A DNA stretch of 64,000 nucleotides from Alphaproteobacteria bacterium (lineage in GTDB: Bacteria; Pseudomonadota; Alphaproteobacteria; MPNO01; UBA830), in assembly GCA_964291215.2 (NCBI GenBank), contig OZ219790.1:384001-448000 (forward strand), in the 5' to 3' direction. The translations under genes and the position numbers were made by a program. Positions 10,831-22,010 of the stretch are shown one piece after another (the stretch's first letter is position 1; every line of letters starts with the position of its first letter). The notes beneath the pieces were generated by a model, which saw nothing but the letters and a program-made list of their open reading frames with translations, did no database searches and had not been told where the DNA came from.

Positions 10831-11583
10831 ATGACGAAGCGACCCACGGCCCTGATCACGGGAGGCGCTCAGGGCATCGGATATGCCTGTGCGGAAGCGA
10901 TTTCCGAGGACGGCGCGCACATCGTTCTTGCGGACATCAACAGCAACGGCGCCTCGGCAGCCGCCGGGCGGCTCGGAGGGGATACGCTGGCGGTCGCCTG
11001 CGACATGGGCGACCCTGGCCAGATCGCATCGATGTTCGACCAAGTAGAAGCGGAGTTCGGCCCGGTTTCAATCCTCGTGAACTGCGCAGGCATCGCCGAG
11101 CCCTGTGACTTTCTCGAAACCTCGCTGGAGCAGTTCGCGTCGGTGATCAACGTCAATCTCACCGGCACCTTCCTCGCGACCCAGCGCGCGGCGAAGGCCA
11201 TGATCGCCGCCGGAATCGGCGGATCCATCGTCAACATGTCATCAATCAATGCCCAGCTCGCGATCCCGACGGTTGCCGCCTACTGCGCCTCGAAGGGCGG
11301 CGTCATGCAACTCACGAAATCCAGCGCACTCGCGCTCGCGCCCCATGGCATCCGGGTCAATGCCGTCGGCCCCGGATCGATCGATACGGCCATGATGGCA
11401 AGCGTCAACGCGAATCCCGAAGCGATGAAGGTGGCGATGTCGCGCACACCGCTCAAACGCTTGGGCAACCCGCGCGAGGTCGGCGACGTTGTCGCATTCC
11501 TGGCGAGCGACAGGGCAAGCTACATCACCGGCGAGACCATCTATGTCGACGGCGGCAGGCTCGGGCTGAACTACACCTGCTGA
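10831..11583 (+). CDS. Short-chain dehydrogenase/reductase
   Basis: TGGAQGIG, NMSS, YCASK and NAVGPG motifs. Confidence 0.92.
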   Translation: MTKRPTALITGGAQGIGYACAEAISEDGAHIVLADINSNGASAAAGRLGGDTLAVACDMGDPGQIASMFDQVEAEFGPVSILVNCAGIAEPCDFLETSLEQFASVINVNLTGTFLATQRAAKAMIAAGIGGSIVNMSSINAQLAIPTVAAYCASKGGVMQLTKSSALALAPHGIRVNAVGPGSIDTAMMASVNANPEAMKVAMSRTPLKRLGNPREVGDVVAFLASDRASYITGETIYVDGGRLGLNYTC

Positions 11584-11606
11584 CGAAGATCGGAGGAGAA
11601 AGCGAC

Positions 11607-12515
11607 ATGTCGGGTCTCGAAACACTGCCGTTCTTCGGCGAAACCGCCATCGCCGAGGTGCTGGAATGGAAGCCTTTGATCGACACTCTCGAGCAGGCGA
11701 TGATCTCGTTGTCCGAGGGACGCGTGGCACAGCCTACGCGCCAAATGGTTCCGGTCCCGGACCGCAACGCGATCATAGCGGCGATGCCGGCCGTCGGCGA
11801 CGCGATGGCAGTCAAGGTCGTGACGCTGTTCCACGACAACGCCACCATCGGAATTCCCTCCCATCAGGCGGTCATCCTCGTGTTCGACAAGGATAACGGG
11901 ACGCCGCTTGCAGCGCTCGACGGCCGCCTGATCACCGAGATGAGGACGGCCGCGGGATCGGCGGCGGCGGCGCGGCGGCTCGCAACCGCCGCGCCAGAAG
12001 CAGTTACGATCATGGGCAGCGGTGTCCAGGCGCGTGCCCATGCGCACGCGCTGGCGGCTGTCCGGCCGCACGGGGAACTGCGTCTCTGGGCCCGCAGCGA
12101 AGGGACCGGCCGCGCCGTAGCCGAGGAGATCGGCGCGGTCTTCGTTGGCGATGCCGAGCGCGCGGTACGTGGTGCCGACCTCGTCGCCTGCACGACATCG
12201 GCCACGGAACCGATCCTGATGGGAGAGTGGCTAAAGCCCGGCGCGTTCGTGACCTCGGTCGGCTGGAACACCCATGACGGCCGCGAACTCGATGACCTGG
12301 CCATGGCCAACACCGTGATCGTCGAATCCCGCGACGCCGCCCGGGATCAAGCCGGCAATGTCCGCGGGTCGGGATGCGGGATATTCGCCGAGATCGGCGA
12401 GATATACTCGGGTACCGTGACGGTACCCGATGGCGCGACCGTGATCTACGATTCGGTCGGGGTCGCCATCATGGATGTCGCTGCAGCCAAACTCGCCTAC
12501 GACCTGTTGCGGTAG
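11607..12515 (+). CDS. Ornithine cyclodeaminase / mu-crystallin family protein
   Basis: KVVT, TEMRTAA, GSGVQA and YDSVGVAIMD motifs. Confidence 0.9.
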   Translation: MSGLETLPFFGETAIAEVLEWKPLIDTLEQAMISLSEGRVAQPTRQMVPVPDRNAIIAAMPAVGDAMAVKVVTLFHDNATIGIPSHQAVILVFDKDNGTPLAALDGRLITEMRTAAGSAAAARRLATAAPEAVTIMGSGVQARAHAHALAAVRPHGELRLWARSEGTGRAVAEEIGAVFVGDAERAVRGADLVACTTSATEPILMGEWLKPGAFVTSVGWNTHDGRELDDLAMANTVIVESRDAARDQAGNVRGSGCGIFAEIGEIYSGTVTVPDGATVIYDSVGVAIMDVAAAKLAYDLLR

Positions 12516-12593
12516 CCGCAAGAGCCGCCCTTCTGGCGTGCCGTAACTTCTCACTTCCTCTCCGGACGGAGCGGCCATCCACCCGATCGCAGC

Positions 12594-12938
12594 TCATGCG
12601 GGCGATGCCGGCTGCTTGTACTCGATTTCGAGAACCCGGACTTCGCAGTCCGAAACGTTCACCGCATTGTGCTCAATGGGCGCTGTCCACGCCATCGTCC
12701 TCCCATTCTCGTAGGGAACCCAAGTCTCCGCGCCATCCGCACCGTGGAGCATGAGCCCGCCGCCGGATTGCTGGACGGTGACGTAATCGTATTCGTGACG
12801 ATGCCATCCGGTCTGCTCACCCGGCGCGAAGGTCCATTGCGTGATCCGGCTGCGGCTGTCCTCGTGCAACAGCATTCTAGTTGCCTGTGCGAACTTCCGA
12901 AGCTCCTTCCGGCCCCCCTTTTCCAGTTGTTCTGGCAT
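12594..12938 (-). CDS. Small cupin-2 protein
   Basis: GWHRHEYDY...IEHNAVN..VLEIE. Start codon uncertain. Confidence 0.75.
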   Translation of the reverse strand: MPEQLEKGGRKELRKFAQATRMLLHEDSRSRITQWTFAPGEQTGWHRHEYDYVTVQQSGGGLMLHGADGAETWVPYENGRTMAWTAPIEHNAVNVSDCEVRVLEIEYKQPASPA

Positions 12939-13289
12939 CTGCGTCTCCCGGACCAGTGCTAAATCTTGTGCCCAGCTCTACCCCTGCATCCTCGGTATGT
13001 CCGACGATTTTTCCGGCTACAGATATTGCGCCGACAACAGCCAAATGCAACACGGCTCAGGGTCTCGAACTGCTGGACACCGCAGTAAAGCACAGGTGCC
13101 GTTGAAACCCACCAGAATTCTGTCACTTGACATTCCCGACCCCCAAGAGTGAATATTCAGCGTATGGCAGCATGATCGCCTACCGGTCTGGCTTGTCGGT
13201 CCGAAGTGCTGATCGTTGGTGCTCACATTGACCAAATTGCCGCGTCAGCGGCTTGGTTCAATCCCAATTACCCATCGAGGGGAACCGCC

Positions 13290-13862
13290 ATGACATACAG
13301 TTTCGAAGAGTTTTGTGCCGACAACAGAAACGCCTACGGTCAGGATGGTGTTGCGGATCTCGAACAAATCCGCTCGAATCTCGAGCGGCTCATTCGCGAA
13401 AATCCGGAATTCGTGGCCAGAGAGTGCGATCCGAAGTTTGATTACGGCTACCGGGAACTCTACAAGGATCCCGAAAAGGGCTTCATCGTCTACTCTCACA
13501 AGAGCGTCGGCGGGAGGACCTCGCCGCCACACGATCATGGCGCTTCCTGGGCAATCTATGGTCAGGCTTGGAACATTACCGACATGACGGAATACCGCCG
13601 CACCGACGACCGTTCGACGGAAGGTCATGCGAAAATTGAACGTACGAAAGCGTATCGGCTCGAGCCGGGCCAAGTCGGCAAATACGGCCCGCATGAAATC
13701 CACCAAATCCATTTCGAGGACGAGGCCGGATTTATCCGGATTACAGGCGCAGACCTGTTCAAGGTCGATACACTGACCTACGATCCAGAGACGGAAAGCG
13801 TCAAGACCATCGGAGCCGGCTCATCCGCAGGCAGCGAGTTACCTCAGCCCGAGGCCACGTAA
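13290..13862 (+). CDS. Cysteine-dioxygenase-like cupin (paralogue of 8085-8591)
   Basis: Start MTYSFEEF; TSPPHDHGASWAIYGQ and EIH motifs. Confidence 0.75.
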   Translation: MTYSFEEFCADNRNAYGQDGVADLEQIRSNLERLIRENPEFVARECDPKFDYGYRELYKDPEKGFIVYSHKSVGGRTSPPHDHGASWAIYGQAWNITDMTEYRRTDDRSTEGHAKIERTKAYRLEPGQVGKYGPHEIHQIHFEDEAGFIRITGADLFKVDTLTYDPETESVKTIGAGSSAGSELPQPEAT

Positions 13863-13899
13863 GGGGCAAGTAAATAGTGCCTGCGAAAAAATACCCCCG

Positions 13900-14632
13900 T
13901 TCCATAGTGAAGTGCAACACATGATGGGCTGTAGCCATGTGTTTTTAGACGCATGATGTTGCGGAGCGGTAGCGGCGAGATTTCCTGTACAAGATGAAGG
14001 GAGCTTGTTCATGTCCAAAGGCTACCGTCACCTACGAAGAGCGATGCCAGATTGAGGCAGAAAAGCGGTCTTTCACAAGGTGCGATTGCTCGGCAGCTGG
14101 GCCGTGACCGAATTTTCCGGGAGATCAAGCGCAACACCGGGGGACGGGGTTACCGTCACAAGCAGGCGCAAAGGATGGCAGAAACGCAGGGCAGCCTCGT
14201 CTGTTTCCTGGCGGTTAACGCCTCAACGATGGGTTGAAGCTCAGAAAAAGCTGCGGGAGGGCCCCGAGCAGCGGCCGTTTTCGACTGGAGGGCCGCCCAG
14301 TGGGTCGGCAACGGATCTATGATCGCATTCATGAAGATCGGAGAGCCGGGGGCGTCTTGTGGAAGAAGCTTCGGCGGCGCGGCAAGAAGCCGAACTGGAA
14401 GGGCGGATGCCATTCTGGCCGGGTGGACATTTCCGAGCGCCCTGCAGTCGTTGAGGCAAAGGAACGGATCGGCGACTGGGAGCCATCATCGGCAAAGCTC
14501 ACAGTGGAGCTGTCGTGTCGCTGGTTGATCGTGCCACGAAATACACCTTGCTGGGTGGACAGAAAGACCGCAGACACGGTCGGTTCGGTCGTGATCCGCC
14601 TGCTCGGCTCTGGTGCGCTATTGGTCACCAAT
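13900..14632 (+). mobile_element. IS30-family element copy 1, truncated and degraded
   Basis: Left end TTCCATAGTGAAGTGCAACA. Fragments MSKGYRH, REIKRN and ISERPAVVEAKERIGDWE; multiple frameshifts. Confidence 0.85.
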
Positions 14633-15558
14633 GTTGCGGGATATTCCTAATCGTATATAAACGCTGATATTACGGATTTTTCCAGCCCTCCTGAAAATCA
14701 AACCTCTTTCCAGATAGCGGTCCGAGACCGGACCGATCCGAAATGGGGCGTTGCCGGCTCGCGCATGCCGGTAAACGGTCCGTCGCCCGTCGCGCGCGTG
14801 AAACGCCGTCGAGTTGTTCGGCGAGCGGACGGGCAAGCGGCGGTCGGCCGTACATCCGCGGACACCGGTCCGAATGCGCCGGGCGGCAATCGTGTGGCGG
14901 CCGTGAACTTCGGGGGTGCGCGCATCCGGCGTGTCCGCGGGCTGGCGCGCATGTCCGGGGCGATGGAAATCCCCTGACTGATTCCTTTGCAAGACAGGGG
15001 GCGGCCTCCAGAGTGGCGCCGGTTGCCGGTTCGCTGCGGGCGGCGCCGGAAAGGACCGGGACCTGGAGGAGAGCGGGATGGGCGCGATCGAACCGGAATT
15101 CTATGCTCGTGTAGGTGACGGTCACAAAAGGCGCTTATTTGCTGGCGTTGCGCTTTTTTGTTGAGCGCGCCGAGGATTGTGATGGTGGCGCCGCGGCATT
15201 TGCGACGGGGGCCAGGGACGTAAGGAGGGCGTAGCCCGACTGGAGTCGCCGGCCCCCGTTGCGTTGAGATTTTCGCCTGCCTGAGGGAGGGGATGTGCTG
15301 GCGACCGCAGCGAGGGTCGCCGGGCTGCGCGAGGGGGTAGACTGGGGCTGCTGAGAACGATGCGGCGCCGGCCCCGTCTGCTTGGTGGCAACGACCGGCG
15401 CCCCCCCGAGCCCCCAAAAATTGCACCCGGCCCGATCATCAAACGCTCCAGACCCGCCCGGGGCAGCGGAAACCACCAGACAACTATCGTCAGCGCTTCC
15501 CCAAGCGACCAAAAAGAACCCAAAAAAATCAGCTCGCCGATCAGGGATACAACCCCTG

Positions 15559-16612
15559 TTCCATAGTGAAGTGCAACACATGATGGGCTGTGGCCATGTG
15601 TTTTTAGACGCATGATGTTGCGGAGCGGTAGTGGCGAGAGTTCCTGTACAAGATGAAGGGGGCTTGTTCATGTCCAAAGGCTACCGTCACCTGCGAAGAG
15701 CGATGCCAGATTGAGGCAGAAAAGCGGTCTTTCACAAGGTGCGATTGCTCGGCAGCCGGGCCGTGACCGAATTTTCCGGGAGATCAAGCGCAACACCGGG
15801 GGACGGGGTTACCGTCACAAGCAGGCGCAAAGGATGGCAGAAACGCAGGGCAGCCTCGTCTGTTTCCTGGCGGTTGACGCCTCGGGTTGAAGCTCAGGAA
15901 AAGCTGCGGGAGGGTTCCGAGCAGCGGCCGTTTTCGACTGGAGGGCCGTGAACGGATCCATGATCGCCGAAGACCGGAGAGCCGGGGGCGTCTTGTGGAA
16001 GAAGCTTCGGCGGCGCGGCAAGAAGCCGAACTGGAAGGGCGGATGCCATTCCGGCCGGGTGGACAGAAAGACACGGTCGGTTCGGTCATGATCCGCCTGC
16101 TCGGCTCTGGTGCGCTATTGGTCCACACAATCACAACGGCAAGGAGTTCGCAGACCACAGCCGTGTCGCACTTGACGCAGATTTCTTCTTCGCCTTTCCA
16201 TTCCCGGGAGCGCGGCTTGAATGAGCATACCAACGGCCTGGTGCGGGAGTACTTCCCGAAGGGCACGGACTTTCGCGCGACATGCAACGAAGATGTTCAG
16301 AAGGTACAGGATCGGCTCAACACTCGGAAAGTCCCGGGATCGCCGACGGAGGTAATCTTGAAGTGAAACCGCCCTGACCATCTGCGTTCCGAAGCCGCAA
16401 CGTGCAGCAGGGTCCATGCCGCGCGACGGCGAAACAGTGGCTTGAAGCCGACAAAGGCGTTGCATAAGCTCGATGTTGAAGGAACTGAAGCTGTTCCCGG
16501 GCGGAATCGAGAGGGACAGAGGGGGAAAATTTGTGCAACATCTGGACCTCATCTCCGTTCGGGCTACGCCCCTCACTGCGATGAGGGCCGGATGTTGCAC
16601 TTCAGACTGGAA
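15559..16612 (+). mobile_element. IS30-family element copy 2, both ends present, internally deleted
   Basis: Near-identical to copy 1. Contains ERGLNEHTNGLVREYFPKGTDF; right IR TGTTGCACTTCAGACTGGAA ends at 16612. Confidence 0.88.
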
Positions 16613-16744
16613 GTGGGGCAACAAAAAATTCAGGCTCATCCCGATTACGGCAATGCGGCCGAAGGATGCCGCTGAAGGCCGGCGTAGCGCTGTGGAGAGA
16701 ACGGGACTAGGGTTGGCCATTCGCTTCGATGGATGAGGCTGGCA

Positions 16745-19700
16745 ATGTCCGACGAGGCCCCTGCCCATGTGAAATGCTGTCTCGACGATCTCGCAGCCCG
16801 GTTGTGGGCGAACAAGGCTGCCGTGATGGTCGGCGCGGGGTTCAGCCTGAATGCGAGTTCGGAATTCCCGATCTGGCAGAAGCTGGGGGACCGGTTCTAC
16901 GAAAGAATTCACGGATGTTCTCCGGGAGATGACGCCAGGTATCTGGACATTCTCAAATTGGCCGGGCAGGTCCAGGCCATGTTCGGGCGACCTGCCCTGG
17001 ACGACCTGCTCCGTCAGGCCATCCCCGACCGGCATCCGCCATCGCTGTTACATAGCCGGTTGCTGGGCTTGCCCTGGAAGGATGTGTTCACGACGAACTA
17101 CGACACGCTCCTGGAGCGGGCGTTGCCGGCCGTACCGCTCAAGCATTACACCGTCGTCACCACGGAGAAGGAAATCCCGGATGCGGAGGGGGCGAGGATC
17201 GTCAAGCTGCACGGCAGCTTCCCGGAGGGGCCGTTCATCATCACCGAGGAGGACTATCGCCGATATCCTCTCGACCACGATCCGTTTGTAAACACGGTTC
17301 GCCAGGCCCTGCTTGAGAACAAGCTATGCCTAGTCGGCTTTTCGGCGGACGACCCGAACTTCCTGCAATGGCTCGGCTGGATGCGCGACCATATCGGGAG
17401 GAAGGACGCGCTCGGGATTTATCTTGTCGCACTCGGTCGCCTTGGTGAGGCAGACAACCAGCTGCTCTGCGACCGGGGCATTGTCCCGATCGACCTGTCG
17501 TGGATCGCGCCGGGCCACGAAAAACGCGAAGAAGAAGCGTTGAACTGGCTCCTGAAGGAACTTGAGGAGCGCAAGCCGCGGGTCTCGGAATGGCCAAGGG
17601 TGTCGCCGGAAGAGCAGCCTTGGTTACGGCAGAGCGATCCCCACAGGTACGGCGAAGTCGTGGAGGAATGGCGCCGACAACGCCTCGACTACCCGGGCTG
17701 GGTGGTGGCGCCGGCAGAAGGGCGACTGCAACTTTGGCTCCACACCGAAAACTGGCTGTCGCATCTGTCCGGATTGTCGGGAGCGGAACGACAAGCGCTG
17801 GAGCCGGGCCTGGACCTGGACCTGGCGTTCGAGCTGGCGTGGCGCCTAGACCGGTGCCTTATGCCGCTCAGGGTGCCGACGGTGGGCGACCTGTCGTCGT
17901 TTCTGGAAGAGGTTGAGCACAAATACGGCAACGCTTCGGCGGAGTTTCTGGAAGAGGTTGGCAGGGAGACAACCTGTGTAGTCGCCGCCGTCTTCGAAGT
18001 CCGGCTATGGCTGATGCGGCACTATCGTGAGCAGGGCCTGCATGACGAATGGGAGGCGGTAAGGAGGAGGCTCGAGGCAAGCCTCAACCTCAACGCCATA
18101 ACGCTCGAATACAGGGCCCGGTTCCGGCTTGAGACAGCGTTGCAGGCGCTGTTCCGTTTCGACCCGGAGGAAGCCAGGCAGCTGCTGGCCGACGAGTGGC
18201 CAGACAACGATGCCACGCCCTTCCTGGACACAAACCGCACCGTCCTGCTGGCAGAGTTGCAGGGGGATAAGGACGCCCGCCCGGCTCTTGAATCGAGCCT
18301 TGCGACCATCCGTCGACAGCAGCGCCAGAACCGGGGCGCCGACGACTACACGCTCGTCTCGCAGGAGTCAGTGGTAATGCTTCATTACCAGATGCTCGAC
18401 TCCGGCCTGCTGACGGTGGAAGAGGATTCGGAGCAACCCAGCGGCATCGACCTGCGGGACCTGACGGAGCGGCAGAACGAGCTGGTCCGATACAACTGCG
18501 CGCCGCATCGCGAGGTGGAATTGTTGTCCGCGCATGTCCGGTCTGCTCCGCCGACTCCTCCTTGGAGCACGAGGGTAGAGACCCCTGATTTCGATACCGG
18601 CCTTGTATTCAGAAACTACCGCTTCGGCCCCGATGAAGAGGCGCTTTCGGCCTACAGGCTGCTGCGGATGTACGAAGACCTCGGCATGCCCTACCGCATT
18701 GGATACACAACGTTCGTTGGCAGGTGGCTCGAGGGCGCAGTGCGTCGCATGGGCATGCAGTCGCCGCACTGGGCATTGGTGGCCATCGCCCGCCTGGGCA
18801 GCGAGAGAGCCGCAGACAGCCTGTTCGACCGTGAGTATCTCGCTGGCCTGACGCAAACCGAAGTCGATAGGCATTGCGACGCTTACCTAAAGGCGCTGGA
18901 CCGCATAGTGTCCATGTTCGAAGGAACGGCTCCGTCCGGCGACGGAATTCTCGAGCCGCTCGCGCGTACGCTCCCGGAGGTGTTTTCGCGCCTCTGCTGC
19001 AAGTGCTCACCAGAATACCGAGAGTGCCTGGTGGAAATGCTCGGTCGGATCTACGGCCTGCCGCCCAGATGGAGGCTGGTGTTCAACATCCCCCGGTTTG
19101 TTCATCGTCTTCTCGAAAGCATGTCGGCAGTGGAGCTGGCGCGGGCAGCGCCGACGTTGATCGGGCTCCCGCAGCCGTTACCGATGGGGCCTGGCGGAGG
19201 GATTTCGGTTGGGGAACACGTTCACCCGGTATTGTTGGTGAATCTGCCTGAACCGGTTCGGCCAGGAGCACTCGGCATACAGCCCGGCAAGGTCGACGAA
19301 TTGCTAGATCGGATGTCGTGCAGCACCTCCAAGGCCGAGCGGGACTGGGCGGCAGCGCCGCTTGTCTGGCTGCACGAGAAAGACCAGCTGGACGAAGAAC
19401 AGTCCAAACGCCTCGGGAACTTGGTGTGGGACGGCGTGGAAGCGCCGGAAGTGCCGGTGGTGCCTGGATACCCCGACTTCATGTGTCTGAGATTGCCTCA
19501 CCCCGCCGACATCGACCCTGAGCCGCTCGTGAAGCAGCGCTTGAGGTCGAAAATTCCACATTGGGGACGCACCGTCCCGGACAACTCCATGAACGAGCTA
19601 CGCAACTCGGCGTTTTGGGTCAAATGGACCCGTCCGGAGGCGAAGGAGCTGCTTGCGGAAGCCTCGAACTGGTGGCGGAGCAACAAGCACGGGACGCATG

Positions 19701-20416
19701 ACTCCCAGCCGGATCCGTTTGTCGGTTCAGTTGCTGAACACACTCATAAGGTAATTTCTGGAGGCGTTGACGCCCTTTCAGCCGTATTTGCCCGCGTCCC
19801 CGCAGCAGTCGACAACGACAATCTGGCAGATGCGCTACGGACGTTCCTTGCGGACCTAGAGGGAGACGGCATCCCTGCATTGAGGCTCGAAGCGGCGGCC
19901 TTGAAGGTCGTGCCCGAAATGCTGGAACGGGTGATCGGGCGAGTGAAGGCCGCGTTGTCTGACACCGAGCGCGGCGTGATAGTCGATGCGCTGTCTGCGA
20001 CGGAACTTCTGGCGGCGCATACGCTGCCGGAGGACAGGCGCGAGACATTTTCCGCAGTGGAGACGACGCTTGCCGATGGTATCTGGTGGCGCCACCGTCC
20101 AGCGCTTGCCGCGAGGCTGCGCTATACGGGGAGCCTGGTCAGGAGGCTGCCCTGGTTCCTGCCCAGGGAGAGAGAATGCGGTCTGCTGGCAGGCCTCGGT
20201 CATATCTCCGAAGAAACCGATCAGAACCGCGTCAGGGGTAACGATGGGGACGAACTGATCCCGACCCGGGCCTCGGCCGCGGCCCTGGCATCGGCGTTGG
20301 CTGAGCGCTACAGCGCGTTGGGGAAGGAGGAGCCGGGATCGATCAGGCGCTGGCGGGCGATCTGTAGCGACTCCAGTGAATTCGTAGAGGTCCGCAATGC
20401 GTGGACAGCGCTCTAA
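16745..20416 (+). CDS. Defence-associated sirtuin, Dsr1-like (N-terminal SIR2 NADase plus long helical region)
   Basis: VMVGAGFS, FTTNYD, KLHGS and GFSADDPNF motifs; ~1220 aa ending EFVEVRNAW. Intact. Confidence 0.82.
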   Translation: MSDEAPAHVKCCLDDLAARLWANKAAVMVGAGFSLNASSEFPIWQKLGDRFYERIHGCSPGDDARYLDILKLAGQVQAMFGRPALDDLLRQAIPDRHPPSLLHSRLLGLPWKDVFTTNYDTLLERALPAVPLKHYTVVTTEKEIPDAEGARIVKLHGSFPEGPFIITEEDYRRYPLDHDPFVNTVRQALLENKLCLVGFSADDPNFLQWLGWMRDHIGRKDALGIYLVALGRLGEADNQLLCDRGIVPIDLSWIAPGHEKREEEALNWLLKELEERKPRVSEWPRVSPEEQPWLRQSDPHRYGEVVEEWRRQRLDYPGWVVAPAEGRLQLWLHTENWLSHLSGLSGAERQALEPGLDLDLAFELAWRLDRCLMPLRVPTVGDLSSFLEEVEHKYGNASAEFLEEVGRETTCVVAAVFEVRLWLMRHYREQGLHDEWEAVRRRLEASLNLNAITLEYRARFRLETALQALFRFDPEEARQLLADEWPDNDATPFLDTNRTVLLAELQGDKDARPALESSLATIRRQQRQNRGADDYTLVSQESVVMLHYQMLDSGLLTVEEDSEQPSGIDLRDLTERQNELVRYNCAPHREVELLSAHVRSAPPTPPWSTRVETPDFDTGLVFRNYRFGPDEEALSAYRLLRMYEDLGMPYRIGYTTFVGRWLEGAVRRMGMQSPHWALVAIARLGSERAADSLFDREYLAGLTQTEVDRHCDAYLKALDRIVSMFEGTAPSGDGILEPLARTLPEVFSRLCCKCSPEYRECLVEMLGRIYGLPPRWRLVFNIPRFVHRLLESMSAVELARAAPTLIGLPQPLPMGPGGGISVGEHVHPVLLVNLPEPVRPGALGIQPGKVDELLDRMSCSTSKAERDWAAAPLVWLHEKDQLDEEQSKRLGNLVWDGVEAPEVPVVPGYPDFMCLRLPHPADIDPEPLVKQRLRSKIPHWGRTVPDNSMNELRNSAFWVKWTRPEAKELLAEASNWWRSNKHGTHDSQPDPFVGSVAEHTHKVISGGVDALSAVFARVPAAVDNDNLADALRTFLADLEGDGIPALRLEAAALKVVPEMLERVIGRVKAALSDTERGVIVDALSATELLAAHTLPEDRRETFSAVETTLADGIWWRHRPALAARLRYTGSLVRRLPWFLPRERECGLLAGLGHISEETDQNRVRGNDGDELIPTRASAAALASALAERYSALGKEEPGSIRRWRAICSDSSEFVEVRNAWTAL

Positions 20417-20757
20417 CGGCCGCCCCCAGACCGGCGCGATTCGCAGACGCATGCGCTCACGCAGGGTCTTTTCTTCTCCCGGGATCTACGGGATCCCGGG
20501 GGGAGACGGCCGGTGCACCGGGAGCTTCATACCCGCGGGATCATGCGACCAGTGGAGGTCAGGGGCCATCGCAGCGCCTCCGGGCTGTCAGGAAGCCGCC
20601 AGGTGCCGATAGACGCCCGAGCGCCGGTCTATGTCGTCCTCGATGGCCTGCATCATCGCATCGGATGTCGCCTCGCGCCGCGCCGTCGATGCCCGGCTCG
20701 TCTCCTCTTTCGGCTCCGCTTCGGCGGGCGCCTCCGGCCGGTTCCTGTCGATGTCCG

Positions 20758-21222
20758 TCATTTCGTGGCCTCTCTCTCGAGCAGCTTTGGCGCGGCACGC
20801 CCCATCCCCTTCAGGGCGTGGAGGCTACAGCGGGGGAAAGACGAATTGGTTGAGGTAGCGCACAAGAGACGGCGCTGGTAGTGGTGAGTCCGGGCATGTC
20901 GGGCCAGATCCTCGACCGTGACCCCGCAGCCGGCAAGCAGAATCGAGCACTCATGGGGACGGATGGCCGAGAGCATCCAGTCGACGGCTGCACTGTGAGG
21001 GCAATCGGGGTCCGGCGGCCGCGCCAGGGCGGCAATTTTGCCGGCCCCGGTCGGGCGCGGCCCGGGCATTCCGGCGCAGTGCTTGCGCGCGATACGCCCG
21101 GCCAGAGCCTCTGCATCGGGCCACAGCGGGGATTTCCAATTGGCGACCTCGCGTGAGTGTGCGGCAAACGCTTCCGGACTGCACAATTCCACGGGCTCCA
21201 GATGTCCATGACGGTGCCTCAT
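20758..21222 (-). CDS. Hypothetical partner of the AbiEii gene, probably frameshifted near the 3' end
   Basis: ATGA overlap with the AbiEii stop. An alternative frame near 20860 reads VRYLNQFVF. Confidence 0.5.
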   Translation of the reverse strand: MRHRHGHLEPVELCSPEAFAAHSREVANWKSPLWPDAEALAGRIARKHCAGMPGPRPTGAGKIAALARPPDPDCPHSAAVDWMLSAIRPHECSILLAGCGVTVEDLARHARTHHYQRRLLCATSTNSSFPRCSLHALKGMGRAAPKLLEREATK

Positions 21223-22010
21223 TGTCCCGGGCCCGTGATGCCGTCGTCATCCTCCGGGACCGCCAGCGCGGATGGCGGAACGCTGAGGGCATCGATCACG
21301 GCCTCCTTGAACGCCTCTCCGGTCCATTGGAAATGCGGCTCCACCAGGGGCTTCACCTTGTCGTTGAGGAGACGGTCCCCCGAAATCTTCTGCTGGATGA
21401 TATCCTGGACAGTCTCGATGTTCCTCGGGTCGGCCCGTCCCAAGGCCGCCCGGAGAGATGGCAAATCGAATTCTCTCGCGCACACAATGTCGAAGAGGTC
21501 ACGAGTGGCGATTTCACCGGCCTCGTACATTCGCCGCACGATCTTCCCGTAGAGAATGTCCACGTTCGAATGCAAGGCGAGCCCGGTGCCGGCCAATCGG
21601 GTCGTGTGGAGGGGATCCAGGTTGAAACTTCTGGGCAGAACGGTCACCTCAGTGCCGTCGATCTCGGCATAGGTCCCGATGGAATCGCACCAGGTCGATT
21701 CTGCCTTGCATCCCGGGATCGCCTTGATGGCAGCTTCCAGGCGTTCAAGTTCCGACCGTCCTAGGGCGTCGTAGGCACCCGGCGTGCAGAACAGGTCCAC
21801 GTCCAGGGAAACCCGGTGGCCCCACCGGGCCGCCAGAACCGTGCCTCCCCGGAACGACAGGTGTTCCGGGGAGATGAACTCCGAAAGCACGTTGAACATG
21901 CACCGCGTCACCAGACCCGGGTGGCCGGGGACTTCCTCCTCCTTCTGCCCGGACCTGTTCCGGGTATCCGGTTCGGGTGCGTCCCGCCTTGGCCTGTCGA
22001 TATCCGTCAT
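21219..22010 (-). CDS. AbiEii/AbiGii-family nucleotidyltransferase toxin
   Basis: FRGGTVLAARWGHRVSLDVDLF and RDLFD motifs. Confidence 0.85.
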   Translation of the reverse strand: MTDIDRPRRDAPEPDTRNRSGQKEEEVPGHPGLVTRCMFNVLSEFISPEHLSFRGGTVLAARWGHRVSLDVDLFCTPGAYDALGRSELERLEAAIKAIPGCKAESTWCDSIGTYAEIDGTEVTVLPRSFNLDPLHTTRLAGTGLALHSNVDILYGKIVRRMYEAGEIATRDLFDIVCAREFDLPSLRAALGRADPRNIETVQDIIQQKISGDRLLNDKVKPLVEPHFQWTGEAFKEAVIDALSVPPSALAVPEDDDGITGPGQ

